A DNA stretch of 64,000 bases from Polyangiales bacterium. GTDB taxonomy: Bacteria; Myxococcota_A; Polyangia; Polyangiales; Polyangiaceae. A program made the position numbers and the translations under genes. The notes below the pieces were generated by a model, which searched no databases, was not told the origin of the DNA, and saw nothing but the letters and a program-made list of their open reading frames with translations. Location of the stretch: assembly GCA_038230375.1 (NCBI GenBank), contig JBBRNJ010000001.1, positions 160,001-224,000 of the forward strand. The letters run 5' to 3'. How positions within the stretch are numbered: the stretch's first letter is position 1; each line of letters begins with the position of its first letter. This document shows, piece after piece, positions 30,251 to 39,888 of this stretch.

Positions 30251-32041
30251 ATGCGCAAGTTCCTGGCTTCGTCTCTCGTAGGTTTGCTGCCGCTGCTCGC
30301 GGCAAGCAACGCGTTCGCGCAGACGGTCCCCGCGTTCGACATCAACCGCTACCACCCCGCCGAGCGTGGTAGCGAGTGGTTCTCGCTCGACACGCTGGAC
30401 TTCCGCGGCGCGGTTCGCCCTGCGCTCGGCCTGACGGGTGACTGGGCGTTCAAGCCGCTCGCAGTGCCGACGAACTCCGGCCACGCGACGGTGGTGCAGA
30501 ACCAGTTCACCACGCACTTCGGCGGAAGCCTGGTGGTGGCAGAGCGCTTCCGCCTGGGCGTCAACGTGCCCATGGTCTTCTACCAGAACGGCGACACCGG
30601 CGTGCTCGGCGCGCAGACGTTCCGCGCCCCCGACAGCACGCGCATCGCAGACTCGCGCTTCACCATGGACGTGCGCGCGTACGGCCGCTACGGCGACCCC
30701 ATCACCATCGCCATTGGCGCGCAGTTCTTCATGCCCATGGGCAGCGCAAACCTCTACACGGGCGACGAGAAGCCGCACGGCATCGGCCGCGTCCTGCTCT
30801 CCGGTGAACAGGGCATGTGGGTGTATTCTGCAAGTCTCGGCTTCCATGCGCGCGCGTTGCACGTGACGTATGCCGGACAGCGCATCGGCGACGAGCTCAT
30901 GTTCGGCGCGGCGGGCGGCGTGCGCCTGCTCGACAAGAAGCTCCTGGTCGGCCCCGAGATGTACATGAGCCGGGAGACCAGCTACCCGAAGGATCTCTTC
31001 CCGGGTGAGGCCACGCCCATCGAGATCATCCTCGGCGGTCACTACACGTTCATGCAGGACTTCCGCGCGGGCGCGGGCATGGGACCGGGCTTCGGCACGG
31101 CGTATGGCTCTCCGGACTTCCGCATCCTGGGCTCCTTCGACTGGGCGCCGCACTACGAGCCGCCGAAGCCGTCCGACGCGGACGCGGATGGCATCATGGA
31201 TAGCGAGGACGCTTGCAAGGACGTCGCGGGCGTTCACACCGACGACCCGAAGACCAACGGCTGTCCGCTTCCCGCGGCCGACCGCGATCGCGATGGCATC
31301 CCGGACCACCTGGACACGTGCCCCGACGAGCACGGCCCCGCATCGCCGGACATGCGCCTGCACGGCTGCGGTCCGAAGGATCGCGATCACGACGGCATCC
31401 AAGATCAGTGGGATGCGTGCCCCGACGACCCCGGTGTCATGTCCCCGGACATGCGCGCGCATGGCTGCAAGGTGAAGGACACCGACGGCGACGGCGTGCC
31501 CGACGGCCTGGATGCGTGCCCAACCATCGCGGGGGTGAAGACCGCCGACCCGAAGACGAACGGCTGCCCGGCGGAGAACAAGGATCGCGACGGCGACGGC
31601 GTTCCGAACGACACCGACGCGTGCCCCGACGAGCCCGGCAAGCCCGATCCCGATCCGAAGAAGAACGGCTGTCCGGTCGCCTTCGTCAAGGAGGGCAAGA
31701 TCAACATCACCGACCAGGTGAAGTTCAAGACCGCGAGCGCCGCGCTCGAGGGCGACGCAGCGACCTCGGTGGTCCTCCAGGCCGTCGCCGACGTGTTGAC
31801 GAAGCACCCCGAGATCAAGAAGGTGCGCGTCGAAGGTCACACCGACAACGAAGGCGACGTGAACCGCAACAAGACGCTCAGCGCGAACCGCGCCGACACC
31901 GTCGTGAAGTGGCTTGCGGCGCACGGCATCGACAAGTCGCGCCTTGGCTCGCAAGGGTTCGGACAGGACAAGCCGATCGCCGACAACAAGACGCCGGAAG
32001 GCCGCCGCAACAACCGCCGCGTCGAGTTCCACATCGAGTAG
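30251..32041 (+). CDS. OmpA-family protein with thrombospondin type-3 repeats
   Basis: Signal peptide, beta-barrel region, repeated DxDGDGVPDxxDxCP, VEGHTDN…NRRVEF. Confidence 0.92.
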   Translation: MRKFLASSLVGLLPLLAASNAFAQTVPAFDINRYHPAERGSEWFSLDTLDFRGAVRPALGLTGDWAFKPLAVPTNSGHATVVQNQFTTHFGGSLVVAERFRLGVNVPMVFYQNGDTGVLGAQTFRAPDSTRIADSRFTMDVRAYGRYGDPITIAIGAQFFMPMGSANLYTGDEKPHGIGRVLLSGEQGMWVYSASLGFHARALHVTYAGQRIGDELMFGAAGGVRLLDKKLLVGPEMYMSRETSYPKDLFPGEATPIEIILGGHYTFMQDFRAGAGMGPGFGTAYGSPDFRILGSFDWAPHYEPPKPSDADADGIMDSEDACKDVAGVHTDDPKTNGCPLPAADRDRDGIPDHLDTCPDEHGPASPDMRLHGCGPKDRDHDGIQDQWDACPDDPGVMSPDMRAHGCKVKDTDGDGVPDGLDACPTIAGVKTADPKTNGCPAENKDRDGDGVPNDTDACPDEPGKPDPDPKKNGCPVAFVKEGKINITDQVKFKTASAALEGDAATSVVLQAVADVLTKHPEIKKVRVEGHTDNEGDVNRNKTLSANRADTVVKWLAAHGIDKSRLGSQGFGQDKPIADNKTPEGRRNNRRVEFHIE

Positions 32042-32257
32042 CGCCAAAGCGGACGGGGCCGGCCATTGCGTCGGCTGGCGCTAGCCACGCCAGACGAGAA
32101 CTCGGTGGTACCTTTTTGGTCCATTCCTGGATCACCTACACCTCACCCCTTGTAGGGATCTTCCGGACTGCCGTGCGGAATCGTTATCCTATTCTGGGTC
32201 GCTTCCTCCCCGCGCCTCAGGAATACACAGGCACACATCCTGCGACAGTTGGTTGTC

Positions 32258-33838
32258 ATGAACCTCGGTCGCTCCTCCATCGCCGCCCTTCTTCTTGCCG
32301 CCTCTTCCGTTCTCGCCGTCGGTTGCTCAGCATCCGCTGACAACACCGACGACACGACGGACAACGACCTCACCTCGATCTCGGCGCTCGCGCGCACGGT
32401 CACGTTCCAGGGAAGGGTCTACGTCGCGGCGGGCGCCAGCGACACGGACGTCATGAGCTCGATCGAGACGCAGACGCAGACGGCGTTCGGCGCGCTGCGC
32501 ACCTCGAACATCGCGGTGAACAACCGTGAGCTCAAGGGCGGCGTCGACAAGAAGTCGATCAAGAAGCGCGCGGTCAGCCTGGTCAACGGCACCAAGAAGA
32601 CGGCCATGCAGGAAGTCACCTACGTCTACACGGACAACGGCGTCGTCGCGAAGTCGTATGCAAGGCGCTCGTCGGCTCCCATCGCGGTGCTGAACCCGTC
32701 GTACGAGTCGCAGCTCGATCGCATTCTCACGGAGTGCACGGCGAACGACAGCGAGGCCAAGGAGTTCCAGGGCTCCATCTGGTACGTGTTCGAGCCCAGC
32801 GTCGCAACCTGCGCGCCCGCGATGAAGAAGGAGCAGACGCAGATCGCTGCGGACCGCGCGAAGCTGAAGAACCCCGCCACCGAGGTCACGCAGTCGCAGG
32901 TCGACCAGCTCTACATCCCGCTCACCGTGAAGCTCGGCGCCGACAAGACGAACAAGGGCCAGACCTACCCCGACTACCAGCGCCTCTACGCAGGCGGCGT
33001 TCAGAAGAACCACCTTGTCGTCGGCCTCGTGTACGGCCTCATCGACCACGACAACACCAACGGCCCCGCGGCCGACTCGAACTACCACGAGCTCATGACC
33101 CACCTGGACGAGGTGACGCGCACGCGCCCCGGTTTCAAGATCGTGAAGAGCGAGCCCGCGGCCGACTTCACGAGCTACACGCTGAAGTCAGGCAAGAAGG
33201 TGACCGGCATCACGCTGTCGGACCTGATTCGCCAGACCGTCGACGGCGCCGCGCCCAAGGGCCTCTCCAGCACGGACGCAAACGACCTGGCAACGCAGGC
33301 TGCCATGAAGTTCTACCAGCACTTCGTGACGATCGAGATGACGGAGAAGGTTGCAATCAACAACGAAGCGGCCCGCGATTTCTCGCTCGACATGCTCGTG
33401 TACTACGGCGCCGAGACGGACAACGCGCCGCACAAGCAGGTCATCAAGAACAGCGACGTGTTCCTCTACAACGGCCACTCGTACATCGGCTTCGGCCCGC
33501 TCGACCCGTCGAACTTCACCGCGGACGACTTCCCGTCCAGCTACCAGATCATGTTCGTCGACGGCTGCGTCTCGTACAACTACTACGAGAAGGACTACAT
33601 CCCCCTGAAGCAGGGCGGCACGCAGAACCTGGATCTCATCACGAACGGCATCGAGGCGCCGGCATGGCGCAGCGGCTTCGCGCTCGGTCGCTTCACGGAC
33701 ACGCTGCTCAACGGCAAGGGCGAGAGCTACTCGTCGCTCCTCCAGGCCGCGTCCGACACCGACTCACTCCGCGTTGTCGACGGCGAGCTGGACAACCAGT
33801 TCACGCCCGCGAAGTTCGCCATCAAGGTCTCGCAGTAG
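32258..33838 (+). CDS. Hypothetical lipoprotein
   Basis: Lipobox AVGC; LYNGHS…DGCVS His/Cys arrangement reminiscent of the caspase/gingipain-like fold. Confidence 0.7.
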   Translation: MNLGRSSIAALLLAASSVLAVGCSASADNTDDTTDNDLTSISALARTVTFQGRVYVAAGASDTDVMSSIETQTQTAFGALRTSNIAVNNRELKGGVDKKSIKKRAVSLVNGTKKTAMQEVTYVYTDNGVVAKSYARRSSAPIAVLNPSYESQLDRILTECTANDSEAKEFQGSIWYVFEPSVATCAPAMKKEQTQIAADRAKLKNPATEVTQSQVDQLYIPLTVKLGADKTNKGQTYPDYQRLYAGGVQKNHLVVGLVYGLIDHDNTNGPAADSNYHELMTHLDEVTRTRPGFKIVKSEPAADFTSYTLKSGKKVTGITLSDLIRQTVDGAAPKGLSSTDANDLATQAAMKFYQHFVTIEMTEKVAINNEAARDFSLDMLVYYGAETDNAPHKQVIKNSDVFLYNGHSYIGFGPLDPSNFTADDFPSSYQIMFVDGCVSYNYYEKDYIPLKQGGTQNLDLITNGIEAPAWRSGFALGRFTDTLLNGKGESYSSLLQAASDTDSLRVVDGELDNQFTPAKFAIKVSQ

Positions 33839-33853
33839 TCGAGACGCAGGAGC

Positions 33854-34036
33854 TCAGGCCCGCACGTCGAGCTTGCCGCCGACCCCGGCGATCAATGTCC
33901 GCACGATGTCTGCCTGAGCATCGTTCGCTCTCTTCAGCACCGACACCTGCGCCTGCGCCTGTACCTGCGACGCAACATCGGACGTGGGCGCGCTGATGCG
34001 CGATGCGAGAGCGGAGGTGCTTGAGCCGACGTTCAT
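33854..34036 (-). CDS. Small YjfB-like (putative motility) protein
   Basis: QVSVLKRANDAQ…GGKLDVRA matches the YjfB family pattern. Confidence 0.55.
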   Translation of the reverse strand: MNVGSSTSALASRISAPTSDVASQVQAQAQVSVLKRANDAQADIVRTLIAGVGGKLDVRA

Positions 34037-34128
34037 GAGCGGTGTGAACGGCACATGTGCAGATCACTTGAGCCCATCACGCGAGCCGGACGAAAAGACC
34101 TACAAATCTGCGGCGGGGCCGGTTTCGC

Positions 34129-35688
34129 TTGCGGCACGGGCCGCGGAATGACACTTTCGCGCCGCTCATGCCGCCTGTAGTGGATGCACCCGCGAGCTTG
34201 ATGGTGCGCCGCGCGGATCGCATGACCCGCGTGCTGTCCGTCATTGCGCTGTTTGCCGGCGTGGCGTGCGTCACCATCGCGGCGTTCTGTGTGGCAACGA
34301 CGCTTGGCTCACGGCGCTGGGGCCCCGTCGAGGCGGAGATGGTGTTCGAGGCGCTGCGCGTCCGGAAGGGCTTCCCGCTGTACTTCGATCCGAGCGTGGG
34401 CGCGGGCGAATACGGCGCGCCTCCCACGCGGTACTTCGTGCTCTACACGCCGATCTGGCCGCAGATCCTTGCGTGGCTCGGTTCCGCGTCGCTCGAGGGT
34501 CTGCGCTTCGGGGGACGCGTGGTCAACTCGGCGGCGTGGCTTCTATTCTTCGGGTGGGTGTACAGAAGCACGCCGCAGCTTCGTCGCACGCCAACGCTGA
34601 TCGCGTGCGCCGTGGTGGCCGGCGGATTCTTTCTCTCGCGCGAGGCATCGCTCGCGGGCCCCGACACCATCGCGTGCGTGATCGTCGGCGTGGCCTTCGT
34701 GCGCGCGGCGCGCAAGGGCGAGATGGACGCGCTGTCCGCGGTGCTCCTTGCCACCGGGCCGTTCATCAAGCCCAGCGTGATCGGCTGCGCCGTCGGTGTC
34801 TGCATCGGACACGCGATCGTGAAGCGGTGGGCTGCATGGCGCTCGCTCGCCGTGATGGCCGCGGTGGGCACCGCGTGGATCATCGTGTGCTTCGTTCTCA
34901 GCCACGGCATGTGGCCGATGCACATGTTTCGCGCGACGGGACAGACGATATCGCTGGACCGCCTGGTGTCCGAGCTGGGCGGGCGCGGGCTCTTCCTGGG
35001 CTTGCCGCACCTCGTGGTCATCGGCTTCGCGTTCCGCGGGAATGCCAACGCGGTTCTTCGCTCCACCCTCGTTGTGACGCTCGGCTATTCCACCTTCTTG
35101 CTCGCGAAGCACGGCAGCGGCTCGCACTACTTCATCGAGCCGAGCATCGCATGCGTCGCTGCGGTGAGCATGGTCGACTGCGTGGTGTGCCCGTGGCAAC
35201 GCCTCTTCCGCTGGACCGCCACGGCAACGCTCACGTGCATGACCGCCGTTGCCACGTTCGTTGGCTTCACGAACGAACACGCTGTCTCCCTGCGCCGCGT
35301 GGAGCTCCTGTCGGCCATGCGCGAGGCCTGCCCGCTGGCGGCCGGTGACGTGGCGGCCGTATCGGATCTCACGCTGGAGCTCGATCTGAACGGACGCATC
35401 CTCGTGCCGCTGTGGCAGACCAGCTACCTGGTTCGCCGCGGCATCTTCTCCGCGGACATGTGGGCGAAGGATCTACGAGACCCGCACGTGCGCTGCATGA
35501 TCAACGGACCAGAATTCCTGGACCCCGTGCCGGAGGACATCTCTGGCATCGTGGAGGTGTCGGCGTGGCGCAAGGAGCTGCGGCCAGAGATCGACCGCGA
35601 CTTCGTCTACGACCGCACCGTGATGGGTTTTTTGGTCATGAAGCGGCGCGACGGATCAGTTGCCGGAACTGAGAACGGTACGCGTTAG
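34129..35688 (+). CDS. Polytopic membrane protein, probable GT-C glycosyltransferase (start uncertain)
   Basis: Many TM helices; LYTP, GPD, FIKPS, HYFIE loop motifs. Confidence 0.6.
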   Translation: MRHGPRNDTFAPLMPPVVDAPASLMVRRADRMTRVLSVIALFAGVACVTIAAFCVATTLGSRRWGPVEAEMVFEALRVRKGFPLYFDPSVGAGEYGAPPTRYFVLYTPIWPQILAWLGSASLEGLRFGGRVVNSAAWLLFFGWVYRSTPQLRRTPTLIACAVVAGGFFLSREASLAGPDTIACVIVGVAFVRAARKGEMDALSAVLLATGPFIKPSVIGCAVGVCIGHAIVKRWAAWRSLAVMAAVGTAWIIVCFVLSHGMWPMHMFRATGQTISLDRLVSELGGRGLFLGLPHLVVIGFAFRGNANAVLRSTLVVTLGYSTFLLAKHGSGSHYFIEPSIACVAAVSMVDCVVCPWQRLFRWTATATLTCMTAVATFVGFTNEHAVSLRRVELLSAMREACPLAAGDVAAVSDLTLELDLNGRILVPLWQTSYLVRRGIFSADMWAKDLRDPHVRCMINGPEFLDPVPEDISGIVEVSAWRKELRPEIDRDFVYDRTVMGFLVMKRRDGSVAGTENGTR

Positions 35689-35720
35689 GTTTCGCGGTCG
35701 GGGTGGGCTAAAGAGAGTCC

Positions 35721-36581
35721 GTGACCGAGGAGCTCCACGCATTCGACGCCATGCTTGGCCGCACGGTGCGCTTGCCGATCTTGCGCATAGGAACGCCGGG
35801 CGCCTTTCTCGCCCTCGATCCGGACAATGCCAAGTCCGAGGTGATCCTCCTCCTTGGCAGCGAGCTCGAACCAACGGACAAGGAAGGCAAGGTCCTCACC
35901 GTCTTCATCCATCGCGACTCCGAGGGGCGACCGCTGGCGACCAAGCGCGTCCCGAAGGTGGAGCTGGGGCAGGTTGCATTCCTGAAGGTCACGCAGCGCA
36001 CGAACGTGGGTGCGTTCGTGGACTGGGGGCTGCCGAAGGAGCTGCTGGTGCCCTTCAAGGAGGAGACCACCGAGATGCGCGTGGGCGAGGCCTACGCCGT
36101 CGGCCTTTACGTGGACGCGAGCGGCCGGCTTGCCGGGACCATGCGCGTTGCCGAGATGCTGCACCCGGCGGACGTCGGTGTGGACGCGTGGATGATGGGC
36201 GAGGCGTGGCGGGAGGTGCCGGAGGTCGGGCTGTTCGTGATCGTCGAGAAGAGCAGCGTGGGGCTCCTGCCCAAAGAGGAGCACCATGGTCTCTCGCGCG
36301 GGCAGGCTGCGCGCTTCCGCGTCACGCACGTGCACGCTGATGGAAAGATCGAGCTCTCGCTCCGGGCACACGCCCACGAGGAGCTGGAAGGTGACGCGGA
36401 GCGCATCCTCGCCGAGCTGCGTCTGAAAGGGAGCGCGCCGGTGTCGGAGCGCGCGAGCCCCGAGGAGCTCCGCAAGCGCTTCGGGCTCTCCAAGAAGGCA
36501 TTCAAGCGCGCCGTGGGCCGCCTCTTCCGGGAGCGAAAGATCGAGATCAACACCGATGGAGTGCTCCGGTGCGTGGGCTGA
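35721..36581 (+). CDS. cvfB: CvfB-family S1 RNA-binding protein
   Basis: GAFVDWGLPKELLVP, DGKIELS, FGLSKKAFKRAVGRL winged helix. Confidence 0.88.
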   Translation: MTEELHAFDAMLGRTVRLPILRIGTPGAFLALDPDNAKSEVILLLGSELEPTDKEGKVLTVFIHRDSEGRPLATKRVPKVELGQVAFLKVTQRTNVGAFVDWGLPKELLVPFKEETTEMRVGEAYAVGLYVDASGRLAGTMRVAEMLHPADVGVDAWMMGEAWREVPEVGLFVIVEKSSVGLLPKEEHHGLSRGQAARFRVTHVHADGKIELSLRAHAHEELEGDAERILAELRLKGSAPVSERASPEELRKRFGLSKKAFKRAVGRLFRERKIEINTDGVLRCVG

Positions 36582-37411
36582 TTCGCGTCGTGCACTTCGC
36601 CCTGCTGGCGCCGCTGGGCGGGTGCGGAGGTGCTGTGGTAGGGCCCGGAAGCGCAGTCAGCGTCACGCCTGTCGCCGCGTCCACACCTGCACCAGCCGGG
36701 CACTCCGAGCGCGCCCAGGTCTGCCCCCTCGCGCCCGGCACGAAGAGCGCGTACTGGAGCGATCGCAAGCTCGCTCACGCCGTGGTGAAGGACGACCTCG
36801 TCGCGCGAAAGCGCGAGTTCATCCAGTTCGGACGCGTCTTCACACCCGAGAGCGAGCGCATCTCCGAAGAAGAGCAGGAGGCAAGACTGGCTGCGGTCGT
36901 GGCCGAGGAGGCCCGCGGCGACGGCACGAAATCAGACGACGTGACAGCCTATGAGCTACCGACCGGTGAGCCGCTCCTCTTCTTCCGTGGCGTGACTCCT
37001 ACCGACGCGGGCGGTATTGGCGACTCCAACACGTGGGGCATGGCTGTCGTTCGCGTGGGGTGCACGTGGACAAGGTTGGAAGGGGCCTTCGGGGGCACCG
37101 CTCTTGCTGTGTACCGCACACCGGGTGGGGCGGCCGTGCTCGTGCAGACCTCCACGAGTGGCCAGTGCGACACCGCGACCGAGGTACGCGTGCTCCATGG
37201 CACGAACGTCGAGAAGTCGACCATCAGCGGCTCGCGCACCGACATGGCTGACGTCTGCGGTGGCGAGCCACGCGTGGTGGAACCGGTCGCCGACGGGGAC
37301 GTGCTGCACGGGATGACGGTCACCACGAACGGCCCCGATGGAAAGCCAACGGAGACAGAGCGCTACACGTTCGACCCCAAGAACCCGTCGAAGCTCGTGC
37401 AGGTCCACTGA
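36569..37411 (+). CDS. Hypothetical lipoprotein
   Basis: Lipobox LGGC; GC3-biased ORF. Confidence 0.6.
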   Translation: MRGLIRVVHFALLAPLGGCGGAVVGPGSAVSVTPVAASTPAPAGHSERAQVCPLAPGTKSAYWSDRKLAHAVVKDDLVARKREFIQFGRVFTPESERISEEEQEARLAAVVAEEARGDGTKSDDVTAYELPTGEPLLFFRGVTPTDAGGIGDSNTWGMAVVRVGCTWTRLEGAFGGTALAVYRTPGGAAVLVQTSTSGQCDTATEVRVLHGTNVEKSTISGSRTDMADVCGGEPRVVEPVADGDVLHGMTVTTNGPDGKPTETERYTFDPKNPSKLVQVH

Positions 37412-37452
37412 CGGGAAGAAGACGCGCCGCTCAGGCGTATGATCACCTACGG

Positions 37453-38766
37453 ATGAGTGAGTACCGCAGTGAGCAAAAGGCGGTGAACGAGCGCATCGCG
37501 GGGCTCGAAGCGGAGCTCGTGCGGCTGGGACCCAAGGAAGGCGACACCACGCCGCGCGTCTCCTTCGGACGGCTTGCCACTGTGCTCGCAGTCACCCTTG
37601 TCGGCGCCGCGGCGCTCTGGATGTACACCACCGCCGGGTTCTCCACCATCTACGCTGCGAGGCGCAACGTGGAGGTCATTCCGAGCGCGCCGCTGCCAGC
37701 CGATCCGCCGCGCCCGCGGACGGGGCTCGCGTGGTTGTCGGATCACTCGAGCGTCGGCACACAGGGACAGAAGTTCATGGACGTGGACGGCGACGCCAAG
37801 CCGGAGCTCATCGGCCTTGCGTGGGACCGAGCGATCGACGAGCGCGGGCAAGGGCTCCACGTCGTTGCATTCGATGCGAAGACGCTGCGACCAAAGTGGG
37901 CGAGCGACGGCTACTTCGGCCATCGCGCACATGGGCCCGAGCCCGTGGAACATCTGGTGGTGATGCCGGCTGGCGTGCTCGTGAGCGACGCGCATGGCGT
38001 GGTGCATGTGCTCGAGCCGGCGACGGGCAAGCAGCGCTCGGAGATCGCGCTCGGCTTCCCCGTGGATGCTGCGTGCCCTGCGCCGGACGGCTCACAGCGT
38101 GCGCTGGTCGCTCGCCAGGGCATCCCGTGGAGCGCGTCGCCAGGGCCGCTCGTGGGGATGATGAGGCACGAGATCGCACGCATCCAGAATGTCCTGATCG
38201 ACCCTGCGACCGGAAAGACAGCGCCGGCTTCGATCCACACGTTCTGCGATTGGTCCGACCACTGCGGGCGACACGAGGAAGGCCCGTGCCGCGTCTCCTC
38301 GGTGGATGCGGATGCGCCGCGCAAGCGGGACGTGGACGTGCAGTCCTATGCCGTCTACCGCGACGGCGATGCGCGCGTGGGGCTCGGGACCATCGACCTC
38401 ACGGCGACGGGAGACGACGCTGTCCCGCAGCGCTACGTCGCGGCCCGATGGAGCGCGTCCACGCGCGATCTCGAGTGGAAGACACCGCTCTCGATTCCCG
38501 GGGGCGTCAATAACGCGGCTGTGACGCTGGGTGCGGGCGTCTTCGTGGTGCTGGACGACGGGCCGAGTGGGCCTGGTCGCTTCCGCGCGCTGGACGCGAA
38601 GACCGGCAAGGTCCGCTTCGACGGACTGCTGGATCACGCCGGAATCGGTACCCAGGTCACGTCGATGTTCGTCCACGACGACAGCATCTACGTGGCGCGT
38701 GAAGAGCGACTGGACCGATACGACGCAAGCACGGGCATGCTGCTCGCGCGGAGCGACGCGCCATGA
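37453..38766 (+). CDS. Membrane-anchored PQQ-like beta-propeller protein
   Basis: N-terminal coiled coil and TM helix; DVDGDAKPE; ALDAKTG/YDASTG blades. Confidence 0.7.
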   Translation: MSEYRSEQKAVNERIAGLEAELVRLGPKEGDTTPRVSFGRLATVLAVTLVGAAALWMYTTAGFSTIYAARRNVEVIPSAPLPADPPRPRTGLAWLSDHSSVGTQGQKFMDVDGDAKPELIGLAWDRAIDERGQGLHVVAFDAKTLRPKWASDGYFGHRAHGPEPVEHLVVMPAGVLVSDAHGVVHVLEPATGKQRSEIALGFPVDAACPAPDGSQRALVARQGIPWSASPGPLVGMMRHEIARIQNVLIDPATGKTAPASIHTFCDWSDHCGRHEEGPCRVSSVDADAPRKRDVDVQSYAVYRDGDARVGLGTIDLTATGDDAVPQRYVAARWSASTRDLEWKTPLSIPGGVNNAAVTLGAGVFVVLDDGPSGPGRFRALDAKTGKVRFDGLLDHAGIGTQVTSMFVHDDSIYVAREERLDRYDASTGMLLARSDAP

Positions 38767-39887
38767 CGAACGGAAAAAAGGGCACCGCGCTCGATGCAGC
38801 GCTCGCCCGCGTCAGCGCGCTCGAGAAAGAGATCGCCGAACATGGGCGGCCTCGTGCGCCGCGCTCGTCGGCTCACCTGGTTGCGTTGCTCGTGATTGGC
38901 GTGTTCGCCATCACGGTCGCGTCGGCGTCCCAGTCGGCCCGCCAGTACCGTGTAGTCCGCCAGGAGGCGCCCGAGAAACGACCGCTGCCGGCGGAGGGTG
39001 AGCTCTCCCTCGCGCCGATGGCGCTCTACTCCAGGATGGGCCCGCTCCTCGTGGACGTGAACATGGACGGCCAGAAGGACATCGTGGTTCCTGGCTGGCA
39101 CGAAATGCGTGACGACGAGCCCATCTATCTCGCAGCGCTCGACAGGAACACGTTCAAGGTGGTGTGGCGGGCGGGCCCCTTCACCGCTCGTCCGCGCGAT
39201 CAACGACTGTCGTTCGACAAGAGCCGCGTGGCGGGGTTGCTCCAGGTCACGGATGCCAACGGCGATACCGACGTGGATCTTGCACGTGGCCTCATGGGAC
39301 CGCGGTCGGTGAGCAAACCGAAGGACGTGGTCGACCCGTTCTTGCCGCGCCCGGTGCCACCATGCCCGAGTGACACCCAGGCGCCGTGCCTGACGACCGC
39401 CGCAGACGGAGTGGAGGAGCTCCTGGCAAAGGCAACCGGCGCGAAGCACGTGTTCGCATCGACGATCACGGGGAACGACTTCCAGATCCAGGTGGCGAGC
39501 GCGATCATGCCCAACGACGACTCCGTGGAGTACGTGGCACACCTGGCGCCCGACGGCACTGTGCGCTGGGTGACGCCGCTCCTACCGGCGGCGCAGGTGC
39601 GCAACGTGGACATGTATACACGCACGTCGCCGAACGAATGGACGACCATCGCGCGCGGCCGGGTGCTGCACATCTACCAGCTGGCGAAGGGCCCCTATCG
39701 GATGCTGTCGCGCGATCTGGCCACGGGGGCGTTGCAGTACGACGTGCAGCTTGGCGACCTCGCCCAGGGCTCTTTTCTGGAGTGGTTCAGCGCGGACAAG
39801 GACGACGCGTTCCTGGTCGCGGATTCGGAGCTCGTGGTCCTGGACGCGAAGACCGGCGAGATCACGCACCGGATCCGGACGTTCTAG
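38763..39887 (+). CDS. Membrane-anchored PQQ-like beta-propeller protein (tandem paralog)
   Basis: Same architecture; DVNMDGQKD; DLATG/LDAKTG; ATGA overlap. Confidence 0.7.
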   Translation: MTNGKKGTALDAALARVSALEKEIAEHGRPRAPRSSAHLVALLVIGVFAITVASASQSARQYRVVRQEAPEKRPLPAEGELSLAPMALYSRMGPLLVDVNMDGQKDIVVPGWHEMRDDEPIYLAALDRNTFKVVWRAGPFTARPRDQRLSFDKSRVAGLLQVTDANGDTDVDLARGLMGPRSVSKPKDVVDPFLPRPVPPCPSDTQAPCLTTAADGVEELLAKATGAKHVFASTITGNDFQIQVASAIMPNDDSVEYVAHLAPDGTVRWVTPLLPAAQVRNVDMYTRTSPNEWTTIARGRVLHIYQLAKGPYRMLSRDLATGALQYDVQLGDLAQGSFLEWFSADKDDAFLVADSELVVLDAKTGEITHRIRTF

Positions 39888-39888
39888 C

